Below, in pieces: positions 18,572-28,213 of a stretch of 64,000 nucleotides of DNA. This stretch comes from Alphaproteobacteria bacterium (GTDB lineage: Bacteria; Pseudomonadota; Alphaproteobacteria; UBA828): assembly GCA_963422645.2 (NCBI GenBank), contig CAXXVO010000005.1, positions 1 to 64,000 of the forward strand, written 5' to 3'. The notes beneath the pieces are model-generated. The model saw only the letters and a program-made list of their open reading frames with translations, was not told the DNA's origin and ran no database searches. A program made the position numbers and the translations under genes. Position 1 is the first letter of the stretch, and each line of letters begins with the position of its first letter.

Positions 18572-20277
18572 GGGGAATCCCCGCCGCCGACGGGACCCTC
18601 GGGCCGCCGATCGGCCTGGGCCTCGTGCTCTCCCGCCCCGCCCTTCAGGAGAGCGTCGAAGGGATCGACGGCGCCCTGCTTCACCAGGGCGCGGATGCGC
18701 ACCCCGATGGGCACCCCGCCCATCTCCTTGCGCCAGTAGGCCCAGGCGCCCAGCGGATCGCCCTGTCGCACGAACCCCAGATAACCCGCGTCCGGGCGGA
18801 TGGTCTCGGCGATCGCGGTCTGGCCCAGGTAGCCGTTCCAGGCGCGCGCCGAGACCTCGCCGCCGTCCTTGCGCCGGCAGGCCTCGCAGCCCTCCGCGTT
18901 GCGGAAGCGCAGGCCCTCGATGCCACCGAGGCGGAAGATCAGCCCCTCCGGCACAGGGGAACTCCCTGGTGCCGCCCGCCCTTCCGCCGGACGCTCCAGC
19001 GCGCAGGACGGACACAGCTTCGGCAGCAGCGTCTGCTTCATCAGCAGCGCCACGTTGCCGGGCTTCGCCACCTCGGCCGGGCCCACCCCCATGTCGATCA
19101 GCCGGAAGGGGATGGCGTTGGCGTTGTGGACGTGGATCGTGGTCCAGATCTGGTGCCCGGTATCGACGCACTGCAGCACCTGGCGGGCGGCGTCTGCGTC
19201 CCTGATCTCCGAGACCATGCCGGACGCCGGATGGACCCGGCAGAAGTGCATCAGTGCCTGGCTGAAGTGCCCGGCCCGGGTCTCGCCGGTGCCGGCCGTC
19301 GGCACCGCGATCTGGATCGCCCCCGGGATGCGGTACTCGACCGGGTCCTCCAGCGTCACCAGGTTGAGCTGGCCCGCCATTTCCGCCATCTGCAGGGAAA
19401 GGTTGACGGCGAGCGTGGTGGACTTGCCGTCGCCGGCGCGCCCGCCGATGAAGACGCCGCCCTGCATCGCCATGCGGATCTCGGCGAAGAGCGCCGCCTC
19501 CTCCTCGCTGAACCCCAGCCGCTCCAGCGTCATGTCCGCATCCAGGCGGTCGGTGTAGAAGAGCCGCGCGAACAGGTGATCGGCGTCGGGATCGTGCGGG
19601 CCGCGCTCGCAGCGCAGCGCGGAGATGCCGCCCGGCAGCGGCACCGCGCCGCCGGCGCGGATCGAGAAGCCCTGGAAGGAGGCGCGGCGGTAGCTGGTCT
19701 GCGAGCTCCCCTCGTCCTTGCAGTGGAAGAGAAATCCCATCAGCCGGCGGCCTTCCTCGGCGGTCAGCGGAGCGGCGAGCGGCAGCTTGCGGTCATTGAC
19801 GATGCAGAAGACCTTGCAGGCGTCCTGGCCCTGCTCGAAGACGACGTCGCTTGCGCGCGCCGCCGCCGCGTCCGCCAGCAGGGAGCGCAGGCGCCGCGCC
19901 GATGCCCCGCCGTCTACCGTGGCGCCGGCGCTTCCCGGCACGAGTGTCCCGGCCGCTCGCCAGAGCGCGGCGATCTCCTCCAGCGGCACGCTCTCTTCCG
20001 TGAGCGCCGTAGGGATCGCGCCGGACTGGCGCAGCGCCACCAGGTCGAGGCGCAGGCGGTCGTCGGGCTCGTAGCCCTCGGTGATCAGGCAGCGCTCGTC
20101 GGCGAAGACGACGCAGATGCGCCGGAAGCGGGCGTCCATCGCGGGCACGCGGATCGGCAGATCTACGGCCCGAGGGTCGGTCCGCGCCGCCTCCGGGTCC
20201 GGCTTGCGCGCGTGCCCCGCCAGCGCCCGGCCGCCGAAGCCGCGGAACCGCGCCCGCAATCGGCCGTGCCACGTCAC
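18568..20277 (-). CDS. pilQ: type IV pilus assembly ATPase (PilQ/GspE family)
   Basis: Walker A GRAGDGKSTT, TLEDPVEY, SEIRD, TGHQIWTTIH, CPSC..CEAC. Confidence 0.88.
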   Translation of the reverse strand: MTWHGRLRARFRGFGGRALAGHARKPDPEAARTDPRAVDLPIRVPAMDARFRRICVVFADERCLITEGYEPDDRLRLDLVALRQSGAIPTALTEESVPLEEIAALWRAAGTLVPGSAGATVDGGASARRLRSLLADAAAARASDVVFEQGQDACKVFCIVNDRKLPLAAPLTAEEGRRLMGFLFHCKDEGSSQTSYRRASFQGFSIRAGGAVPLPGGISALRCERGPHDPDADHLFARLFYTDRLDADMTLERLGFSEEEAALFAEIRMAMQGGVFIGGRAGDGKSTTLAVNLSLQMAEMAGQLNLVTLEDPVEYRIPGAIQIAVPTAGTGETRAGHFSQALMHFCRVHPASGMVSEIRDADAARQVLQCVDTGHQIWTTIHVHNANAIPFRLIDMGVGPAEVAKPGNVALLMKQTLLPKLCPSCALERPAEGRAAPGSSPVPEGLIFRLGGIEGLRFRNAEGCEACRRKDGGEVSARAWNGYLGQTAIAETIRPDAGYLGFVRQGDPLGAWAYWRKEMGGVPIGVRIRALVKQGAVDPFDALLKGGAGEHEAQADRRPEGPVGGGDSP

Positions 20278-21341
20278 GGGGTATCTCCCGGCCGCGCCCG
20301 GTACGGCAGCGGGGTGGCTTCGCCCTTCTCCGGCACGAGTGCATCGCCGGGGCCCGTGACCCGGACCGCGGGCGGGCGCCCGGCGATGGCCGCGATCCTC
20401 ACGCCATCCGGCAGCACATCGCCCTCGCGCACGAACCACACCCCCGATCCGTCGGTGACGCCGGCGCGCAGTGCGCCCGCGGTGCCGACGATCGAGAACC
20501 ACGCGTAGCGTGGAGACACTCGTGCCGGAGCCTGCGGCTCCGTCTCCTTCTCTTTCTCCGCAGTGGAGGCCAGCGCCGCCCTCAGCGGCGACGGCGCGAC
20601 CGACTGCGTCGCGGAGGCGATCCGCCTCGCCGGCGCGGACGAAGGAGGCGCCACGGCGGGCTTCGCCGCCGCTTCCGGCGCCGGGTCCGGCCGAGGCGTG
20701 CGCAGCTCGCGCAGCGCCGCCTCCGCCTCGAACAGGCCGACCAGGATCTCCTGGCGTTCGCGGCAGAGGGTAAGTATCTCGCTCTCGATCCCGAGCGCCG
20801 ACAGCGCGTCCGCCTCGCCGGCCGCGCCCGCCAGCAGGCGCCGCAGCAGCGCGCGGGGGCAGCCCTCCGCGGCGAAGACACTCGTGCCGGAGACACTCGT
20901 GCCGGCGAGGGGCACGCCGCCCGCGGCACGGTCGTGCGGCGAGCCCGGCGCTTTCGGCGTCCCGGCCAGCGCCCGCAGCAGCCGGCTGCCGCCGGCGGGC
21001 GCGTTCGCTTCCGTTTCCTCTTCCCCATCTTCTGGCGCGTCGGCGCCCGTCGGCGTCCCGATCGCGGCGGGGACGACCGCCGTCGCTGGTACGGCGGGAC
21101 CTTCGGCCGCTTTCGCGGTCTCGTCTCCCGCCGCAGTGGGTCCGGCCGGCGCCACGGGGCTTGCCGCCGTCGCGCCCAGGGGTGTCGGCGCCGCTTGCGT
21201 CGTTCTCCCGCCGCCGTCGCTCGAGGCGCCGGGGAACGGCGCCAGGAGTTCCTCTCCCGCCCATGCGCCGTCCGGCCCCGCCGTCAACGCGGCGCAGAGG
21301 ACCAGGGCTGGGACGAGGGCGGTGCGGGCCGCAGCCTTCAT
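20274..21341 (-). CDS. PilP-like pilus biogenesis protein
   Basis: Signal peptide, Ala/Pro-rich linker, C-terminal SIVGTAGALRA..VREGDVLPDGVRIAAI. Confidence 0.6.
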   Translation of the reverse strand: MKAAARTALVPALVLCAALTAGPDGAWAGEELLAPFPGASSDGGGRTTQAAPTPLGATAASPVAPAGPTAAGDETAKAAEGPAVPATAVVPAAIGTPTGADAPEDGEEETEANAPAGGSRLLRALAGTPKAPGSPHDRAAGGVPLAGTSVSGTSVFAAEGCPRALLRRLLAGAAGEADALSALGIESEILTLCRERQEILVGLFEAEAALRELRTPRPDPAPEAAAKPAVAPPSSAPARRIASATQSVAPSPLRAALASTAEKEKETEPQAPARVSPRYAWFSIVGTAGALRAGVTDGSGVWFVREGDVLPDGVRIAAIAGRPPAVRVTGPGDALVPEKGEATPLPYRARPGDTP

Positions 21342-22510
21342 CGGATCCTCGTTCCCACCCGGTCGGCGAGCACCTGCCAGGGATAGCGGGCTTCCAACCC
21401 CGGCACGAGTGTCCCTTCCAGCGTCACCACGAGCTCGCCGCGCGACCAGCGCCAGGTCCCCGGCACCGCCCCCGTGCCGCCGCCCTCCGCCGCGAGCATG
21501 CCGTCGCCCGCCAGGCGCACCACGGTCTCCGTCCGCCCGGGGAAGGGCAGCACCACCGGCGTCCCCTCCGCTGCCAGCCGGTCGGTCATGCGCATCGCCG
21601 CGAACCGCTCGCTCGTCGGAAGGAAGGGGAGGGCGTCGCCGATCCGGTAGCGCGGCCGTATCGGCAGGCGCTCGTAGTGGACCGCGATCTCCGTCCCGCC
21701 CGACGCCGGCACCAGCAGTATCGGCCACCCGGCCGTCCTCGCCGAGCAGCCAGAGCTCGTCGCCCGCCTCGCCCAGCACCAGCACGTGACGGGCGCCGGC
21801 GGTGTCGGTCAGCACGAAGCCGTCGTTCTCCGCGAGGAACCTCGCCAGGTCCGCGCGCGACAGCCCGTCCCGGCCCTGCGCGGCGGCGATCCCGGTGGCG
21901 CCCGGTCCCCGCAGATGCGATCCCGGCGCGTTGCGCACCGGCGCATCCGGGTCCTGCGCCATCATGGCGGCGAAGGCGGTCGAGGTCTGGCGCTCGTTGA
22001 CCGGCAGCGAGGCCGGTACGGCAAGCTCCGGGCAGGCATCCTTCATCGACCGCGGCCAGCTCTCCTGCACCCAGCCGCGGGAGGCGACATGCCACCTCGT
22101 CCCCGACAGCGTCTCGTTGTGAAGCCCGCCGGTCTCCGGGTCGTGGAACATCGGCGTGTGCCCCCGGCGCCGGCCCGGATCCGGCTCCGCGCCCGGCTCG
22201 AGGTAGCTGTAGAGCGCCCGAAAGCCGCGGGACGGCACCACCCGCCACCGCGCCGTGGCTGGCGTATGGGCGCCGCCGAGATGGGCGCAGGCGAGCAGGG
22301 TGCCGTCGGGCGCGTGGTAGTGCGCCCACACCGTGCCCCGGTCGTCGGCGCGCGAGGAGTTCGGCCGCTCCAGGACCCAGACGCGCCCTGCGAGCAGTCG
22401 CTCGAAGAACGCCGCGCCGTGCGAGCTCAGGTTGGGCCCGTCATCCGGAGCCTGCCCCCAGGCCGCGTCCGCTGCGGCGAACATCGCGCCCAGCCCCGCC
22501 GCCGCCATTT
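21338..22510 (-). pseudogene. hypothetical secreted protein, frameshifted near 21715
   Basis: Globular-looking sequence (HGAAFFERLLAGRVWV..) in one frame continues as ORF 21338-21712 in another; start approximate. Confidence 0.5.
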
Positions 22511-23829
22511 CCGCCCAGCCCGCCGATGCCGTCGGCGCTGCAGACGCCCTCGCCAGCCTGGCCGCCGGTGTCCCCGCCCGCCGGGCCGTCGCTGTCCACG
22601 CCGCAGGCATCGCCGCCCGGTCCGGAGGTGCCGCCGCCGTCGGGGCCTCCCCTGTGGTCTCCGTGATCGGGACCGCTCCAGTCCGGCTCCGCCTCCGCGA
22701 CGCAGTCGTCCCTCTCGACCGCCCACGGCGTGCGGATGGTCTGCGTCACCGGAACCTCGTCCCAAGGAAATCGCGTGGAGCGAAACGTCACCGTGCGCCG
22801 GTAGCCGATCGAGCCGGCATACCCCGCCGGGCACGACCCGGATTTCGTCTCGCCGTGCGAGACCTCGGAGATCTCCGGGACGGGCGCCACCGGCAGGGCG
22901 TCGCCGGTCCAGCAGCTCGTCGACACGAACTCTGGCGCGCCCAGGCTCTCGCCCCGCGCCGTCACCGTCCGCAGCCGCCGCCACACCTCGCGCCCCTCCA
23001 TGCGCCGGTTGTGCGGTGCGCCTGCGCCCCAGTGGCAGGCCAGCGTGTAGTGCTCCCACTGGCTGTAATCGTCGCGGCAGAGGTCGATCGACACCTCCCA
23101 CGGCCCCTCCAACGGCGCGCCCGCGGGATCGCCGCGGCCGTCGTGCTCCTGCGTCACCTCGCGGACCAGGGTGCGGCCGTCGCCGTGGCTGCCCTCCGGA
23201 CAGGGCTCCCCGCGCCGTTCGCGCGTCACCCGCCCGACGGTGTTGAGGAAGGGGTCCGGCACAGCGCCCGCGAGCGCCGCGCGCCCGGACGGCAGCGGGC
23301 CGCCGCGCGAGGCCTCGGACAGGCAGGCTGGCAGGGTCGCGGCGGCGCGCCCGGCGCCGCCCCCGGCCCTGCCGTTCTCCAGCCAGTGCAGCACCGGCTG
23401 GTCGCCGCCGCCGTAGGCGTGCGGCGCGGCGTGGACCGCCCGGTGGTCGTCGCCCGTCCCCTTCAGCTCCTCCGGCGCCAGGTAGACCAGCAGGACATCT
23501 TCGCAGTACCTGGCTTCCAGCCCGCGCAGGGTCCACGACGCCCGCCACCCGGTCTCGGCCGGCGGCACCGGACCGGTCCACGCCGTGGCCCCCGCGGACT
23601 CCTCCAGGATGAAGGTCTCGAGCCTGCGCCACGCCGACTCGACCGCCTGTGCGTGCGCCAGCGCCTCGCGCCGGTAGACCCGCTCGTCGGCCGGGACCTG
23701 CGCCAGCGCAGGCCACACCGCAAGCGGTCCCGACGCGAGCAGGACGCCCACGCTCACGCCCCCGAGCAGCCAGGCCCGCAGGCTCCTCCTGCCGCCCGTC
23801 GATGCTCGCGTCCTTTCCTCACGTTCCAT
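22441..23829 (-). CDS. secreted Cys-rich putative adhesin
   Basis: Signal peptide; repeated CP.G..G....R units followed by W..C; acidic Gly-rich tail. Confidence 0.55.
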   Translation of the reverse strand: MEREERTRASTGGRRSLRAWLLGGVSVGVLLASGPLAVWPALAQVPADERVYRREALAHAQAVESAWRRLETFILEESAGATAWTGPVPPAETGWRASWTLRGLEARYCEDVLLVYLAPEELKGTGDDHRAVHAAPHAYGGGDQPVLHWLENGRAGGGAGRAAATLPACLSEASRGGPLPSGRAALAGAVPDPFLNTVGRVTRERRGEPCPEGSHGDGRTLVREVTQEHDGRGDPAGAPLEGPWEVSIDLCRDDYSQWEHYTLACHWGAGAPHNRRMEGREVWRRLRTVTARGESLGAPEFVSTSCWTGDALPVAPVPEISEVSHGETKSGSCPAGYAGSIGYRRTVTFRSTRFPWDEVPVTQTIRTPWAVERDDCVAEAEPDWSGPDHGDHRGGPDGGGTSGPGGDACGVDSDGPAGGDTGGQAGEGVCSADGIGGLGGNGGGGAGRDVRRSGRGLGAGSG

Positions 23830-25245
23830 GGTCCGTCTCCGCTTGATGTCCGCCCGCGGGTCCTTCGCCGGATCCCGGCGCGCGGTCCGATCGCTCTCTC
23901 CGGCCCGAGGGTCCCTTGCCGTTCCCCGGCACGGGTGTCTCCGGCACGAGTGTCTCCGGGGCTCCTCCGGCGCGAGGGTCCTCGACGGAGACGCCCAGCG
24001 CCCGCAGCTGCGAGGCTGCGAGCGTCACCGGCGCCGCCGGCCGGCCGGCCAGGCGCCAGCCGCCGGTCTCGCCGCGCGAGAGCGCCGTGAGCTCCAGCCC
24101 CTCGATTCCGCCGACCAGCCCCACCAGGCGCGGCAGAGGCCCCGGATCGTCGATGCGCACCGACCAGCCGCCGTCGGCGCCGCGCGCATAGCCGATGCGC
24201 GCTCCCGCGGTTCCCAGGGACCGGTCCACCGCCCGGCGCAGCTCGAGCAATGCGGGCGGCGCCACCTCCGTCGTCCGCAGCACCGGCGCCATCGGCGCCA
24301 GCGCCCAGGCGCGCCCGTCCGCGACCATCGCCGCGTGCCACCCGCCCAGGTGCCGCTCCGCGACGCGCCGCTGCACCGCCTCGGCATGGCCCGAGGCCAG
24401 GTGCCAGCGCGCCAGCAGCACCGGACGTCCCGCGAGCTCCGGCCTGACACCGCTCAGCTCGCCGTCGGCGAAGCGCGCGGCGCATTCGATGCGCTCGATC
24501 CGCCACCCCGGCAGAAACGGGGGGTTGTCGATCAATGCCTGCCGGCAGGCGGCGATCAGCGCCGCCCCGTCCACCGAGACCGCGGACGTCGGCTCCGACG
24601 ACGCCACCGGGGCGGGCACGGGCGCGGGCGATTCCAGCCACGAGAGAAGGGCGTCCCGCTGCAGCCACACCGCAACCGCCGCGGCCAGCGCGGCGACGCC
24701 GATCGCGGCGGCCGCCGGCGCCCGCCTTCGCCGCGCGGACGGCTCCGCGCTCCGGAGCGCGATCGCCGCCCCCAGCCTCGAGGCCGTCTCGTCGAGGGCC
24801 GCCGGGTCGATGGGCGCGATCCCGGAGCCCCCCAGATCCTCCAGCAGCCCCGGCGTGGCAAACAGCGCCCAGCCCAGCGTCCGCGCCCGCTCGAAGGCGG
24901 CGACGGCCGCCGCCCGGCCGTCGAACGCCTCGTCGCCGTCGACCAGCGCCATCCAGAAGGCGCCAGCGCCAGCGCCGCCAGACCCGCAGGGTCAAAACTC
25001 TCAGAGTGAAGACCCGCAGGGCCGAAACCCGCAGGGCCGAAACCCGCAGGATCGAGGCCCTCCGGGCTCCCGGTCGCGTCACCGGCACGAGTGTCCGCGG
25101 CGGCAAAGCCCGTGCGCTCGCCATGGTGCACGCACCAGGGCCGCCTGAGCCTGCGCGCCGTCCGCGCGGTGGCCCGCGCCCCGCCCCGCCCGAGCCAGTA
25201 GAGCCCGCAGGCTTAGCGCCGACCGCCTATGGCGATGACGCTCAC
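23819..25245 (-). pseudogene. PilO2-like type IVb pilus protein
   Basis: GTG at 25245 gives VSVIAIGGRR*ACGLYW (TAA at 25213-25215), frameshift near 24960, then a TM segment and LPGWRIERIEC; lies directly after the secretin. Confidence 0.65.
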
Positions 25246-26835
25246 AGCGGCTCTCCCGGCCCGCCGGGGCGTTCCCCTGTACCAGGGCGTTCCCCGGTCT
25301 CGGCGATACCCAGGGGCGCGCCGATCTCCGCCTTCACCAGCAGCACCTGCTCGGTGCGGGCCAGCGCCCCGCGGCGCCCGCCGCCCGGAAACGGCACGTC
25401 CTCGCTGAACGTCCCGGAGCCGTCCGCCTCGGCGCGCCGGGTCGAGAACCCGGTCACCAGCAGGGTCTCGCCGCGCCGGATCCTCTGGGTCACCTGCACC
25501 GCGCGGCTGGCATAGGCCGGAAGCTGGATCGTGGCGCCGCCGCCCGAGACCTCCCGGAACACCGGGCGGTCGCGCAGGGAGGCGAACAGCCGCACCAGAA
25601 CCTCGCCCGGACCGGTGATGCGCGGGATGTAGCTCGCGGCGAAGCCCGACGAGACCGTGCCCGGCACGATCTCGGTCTGGGCGATGCCCTCGCCCGCGGT
25701 GGTCCGGTGCTCCCTGACGTAGGACTCCTTGTAGAGCTCGAAGAACTGCGCCGGCTTGCCGTTGAGCGAGGGGATGTCGGCCGACAGCACCCGCGAGACC
25801 GTGCCCGCCCGCGACAGCGCGTTCACCGTCGCCGCCAGCGTGTCGCCCACCGCCGCCGCCGGCCTCACGATCGCCACCGACTCCGGCGAGACCGCGAGCT
25901 CCGCCGAAGTGCCGAACAGCTCCTTCACCAGGGCCGCGAGGCCGAACCCGTAGTCCCCCTCCCGCTCCATACGCACCGCGTAGACGTGCACCGACAGCGT
26001 CACCGGGCGCAGCACCTCGCGGTTCAGATGGTCGAGGAAGCGCCGTACACGCTCGACATCCCGCGGCGTGCCGCTCACCAGCAGCGAGGCGCTCGACCGC
26101 GCCGCCTTCGTCGCCGCCGTCCGCCCCGTCGTCGGTCGTCGCGGCGGCCCGGTAGCGCTGCGTGCCCGCGAGCGCACTGATGCGGAACACCGCCGTCTCG
26201 CGGCGCACGATCTCGATCGCGCCCTCGCCGCCGAGGTGGCGCCAGGCGTAGCCGCGTCCGCCCGTCCAGGCATCCAGCAGCGCATCCAGAGGCCCGGTCC
26301 ACACGCCACCCTCGGGCGAAAGCCGGTCGATGCCGGCCCCGGCCAGCGAATCCGCGGGGGAGGATCCTCCGTTCGCGGCCGCGGGACCGGTGAAGCGCAC
26401 CGGAATCCCCGTCGCCGCCTCGATCCGCCGCGCCAGCACCGGGTCCGCCCCGGTCCCGGCGAGAGGCAGCGTGACCGCGTCCGCCCGCAGGAGCCGCGCG
26501 GGCAGGCCGTCCTGCGCGGCCCCGTCCCGCCTCTCCAGCCCCAGCCAGGGCCGCCGCTCGATCACGCGGATGGTGGAGAAGCGCGGCCCCTCCGGCGCCT
26601 CCCTCAGCGCCGCGACTTCGCGGACCGTATCTTCGCTCTCTCCGCGCGCCGCCTCCCATGCCGCCGAGCCGCAGCCCGACAGCAGAGCCGCACAGACCAG
26701 CGCCGCGGCGGCGCTCCCGGCACGGGGAAAGCGCCGCCCGGAGCCTGCGGCAGGGACGGTCCGATCACCGCCACGACAGTCTCGGGCACGGATATCTGCG
26801 GCACGGGTGTCTGGGGAACTGCGTCCTGCCGGCAT
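25242..26835 (-). pseudogene. pilN: type IVb pilus secretin lipoprotein (PilN/BfpB-like), frameshift/deletion near 26090
   Basis: Lipobox LSGC and WTGPLDALLD in one frame; VSGTP..V.RV..FL..LN, SLNGKPA and GETLLVTGF in the other. Confidence 0.82.
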
Positions 26836-26879
26836 CGCCTGTGCGTCTCCTTCGCTCGTCGAAGGCGCGCAGGAAACCC

Positions 26880-27015
26880 CCGGAGATTCAGGCTGTCAAC
26901 AGAGAAAATATAACGATATCAACGGGTTAATCATACTCCAGAGGGCTCCAGGAAAGCCCGTAGGGCTCAGTAGGGCTCAGGACCGTGAAAAAATCTTGTG
27001 AATTTTTTTCGCCCC
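26880..27015 (-). promoter_or_regulatory. putative promoter/operator region of the pil-dot operon
   Basis: AT-rich intergenic DNA with three AGGGCTC copies (tandem TAGGGCTCAG x2 at 26961-26980) and an imperfect inverted repeat GTGAAAAAA..TTTTTTTCGC. Confidence 0.45.
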
Positions 27016-27026
27016 GCCCCCGCATC

Positions 27027-27356
27027 TCACTTCCCGGGACCGGAATCGTCCTTCGAACCGTCCCCTTCGCCGGGACGCGAGTCGTCTTCCGGACCCTCCC
27101 CGTCCTCGCGGTCCGGTTCGTCCTCGTCGATCGGGTCGTCCGCGTCCACCGACTCGCCGGTAAACCCGCGCTTGCGCTCCGCCACCCACCTGTCGAGGTC
27201 GCGGCGGTCGTAGATCACCCGGCGTCCGGCCTTGGCGTAACGCGGACCCCTCCCGGTGACGCGCAGCTTCTCCAGCGTCTTCACGCTCAGCCCCACATAG
27301 GCCGCGGCCTGCTTCGTATCCAGATAACGCAGCTCCCCGGCGCGAGTGTCTCCCAT
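27027..27356 (-). CDS. excisionase/RDF-like HTH protein with acidic tail
   Basis: YLDTKQAAAYVGLSVKTLEKLRVTGRGPRYAKAGRRVIY...DLDRW. Confidence 0.85.
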   Translation of the reverse strand: MGDTRAGELRYLDTKQAAAYVGLSVKTLEKLRVTGRGPRYAKAGRRVIYDRRDLDRWVAERKRGFTGESVDADDPIDEDEPDREDGEGPEDDSRPGEGDGSKDDSGPGK

Positions 27357-27494
27357 GGCGCAGATCCTCCCTTGTTCGGGAGGGCATTTGAGCGCCCCGT
27401 GCCGCGGCCGGACAGGGAGGGAGTCGGCGGGCAGCCCCCAGCCTCCCCCCTCCCGCGGCCGCGCACGCCGCGGCCCGGCAGGAACGCCAGCCGC

Positions 27495-28213
27495 CTAGCC
27501 CCGGCCCGCCGCAAGCTCCAGGTAGCCGCCGCGCATGAGCGCCAGCGCCGTCCGCACCCGCCAGCGCACCTGCGCCCGCAGCGCGCTGTCAGGCGACCAT
27601 TTCGCGGCCACCTTCGCCTCGTCGTGGAGCTCGACGGCGATCTCGCGCAGGCTCCCGCCGGCCAGTCTCGCGTCCAGCACCTGCAAGAGCTCCCCGTCCG
27701 GGATTCGCCGTCTGCTTTTTTGGAATCGACCGCCACCGCCGGCCACAGGCCGGCGACCCGGCGCAGGCGCACGGGAAACCGCGGGTCCGCCGGCGACGAC
27801 ACCCACACCCGGACCCCGGCCTCCGGGTCGAACCCAGCCCCGTCGGCCACGCGCAGCTGCACCGCCGCCCGGCCGTGCTCCACCTTCAGCGTCACCGCGC
27901 CGTCCAAGAGGCGCAGCCCCGAAAGCCGCCATCCCGGCTCCGCCGCCAGCGACACCACCGGCGGACACCCCGACGGCACCGCCTCCAGCATCGGCGCCTC
28001 CGCCCAGAAGGGCGAGGCCGGGCCGTCATCCGCCAGCGGGTCCTCCCACGCCAGAAGGCCCCACTTCGACGCCGCCAGGTCGGCCCCGGTCTGCACCCGC
28101 ATCGGGAACGGCGCCGGCTCCATCGCCGCGGGCGGCGCATCCGCCGCCTCCTCCCTGTAGCCGGGGTTGCGCTGCAGGAACTCCCAGGCCCTCTTTCCTC
28201 CGGTATCGCTCAT
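27495..28213 (-). CDS. FseA-like activator (DUF6499 + DUF2285), split across two frames near 27720
   Basis: AWEFLQRNPGY N-terminal motif; LDARLAGGSLREIAVEL..W..LR..ALALMRGGYLEL C-terminal domain in the -1 frame. Confidence 0.75.

Noticed and set aside
26984-27013. Possible FseA-binding inverted repeat
   Set aside because: It is only an imperfect hexamer pair, and it lies downstream of the excisionase rather than in its promoter. Kept only as a generic regulatory candidate.
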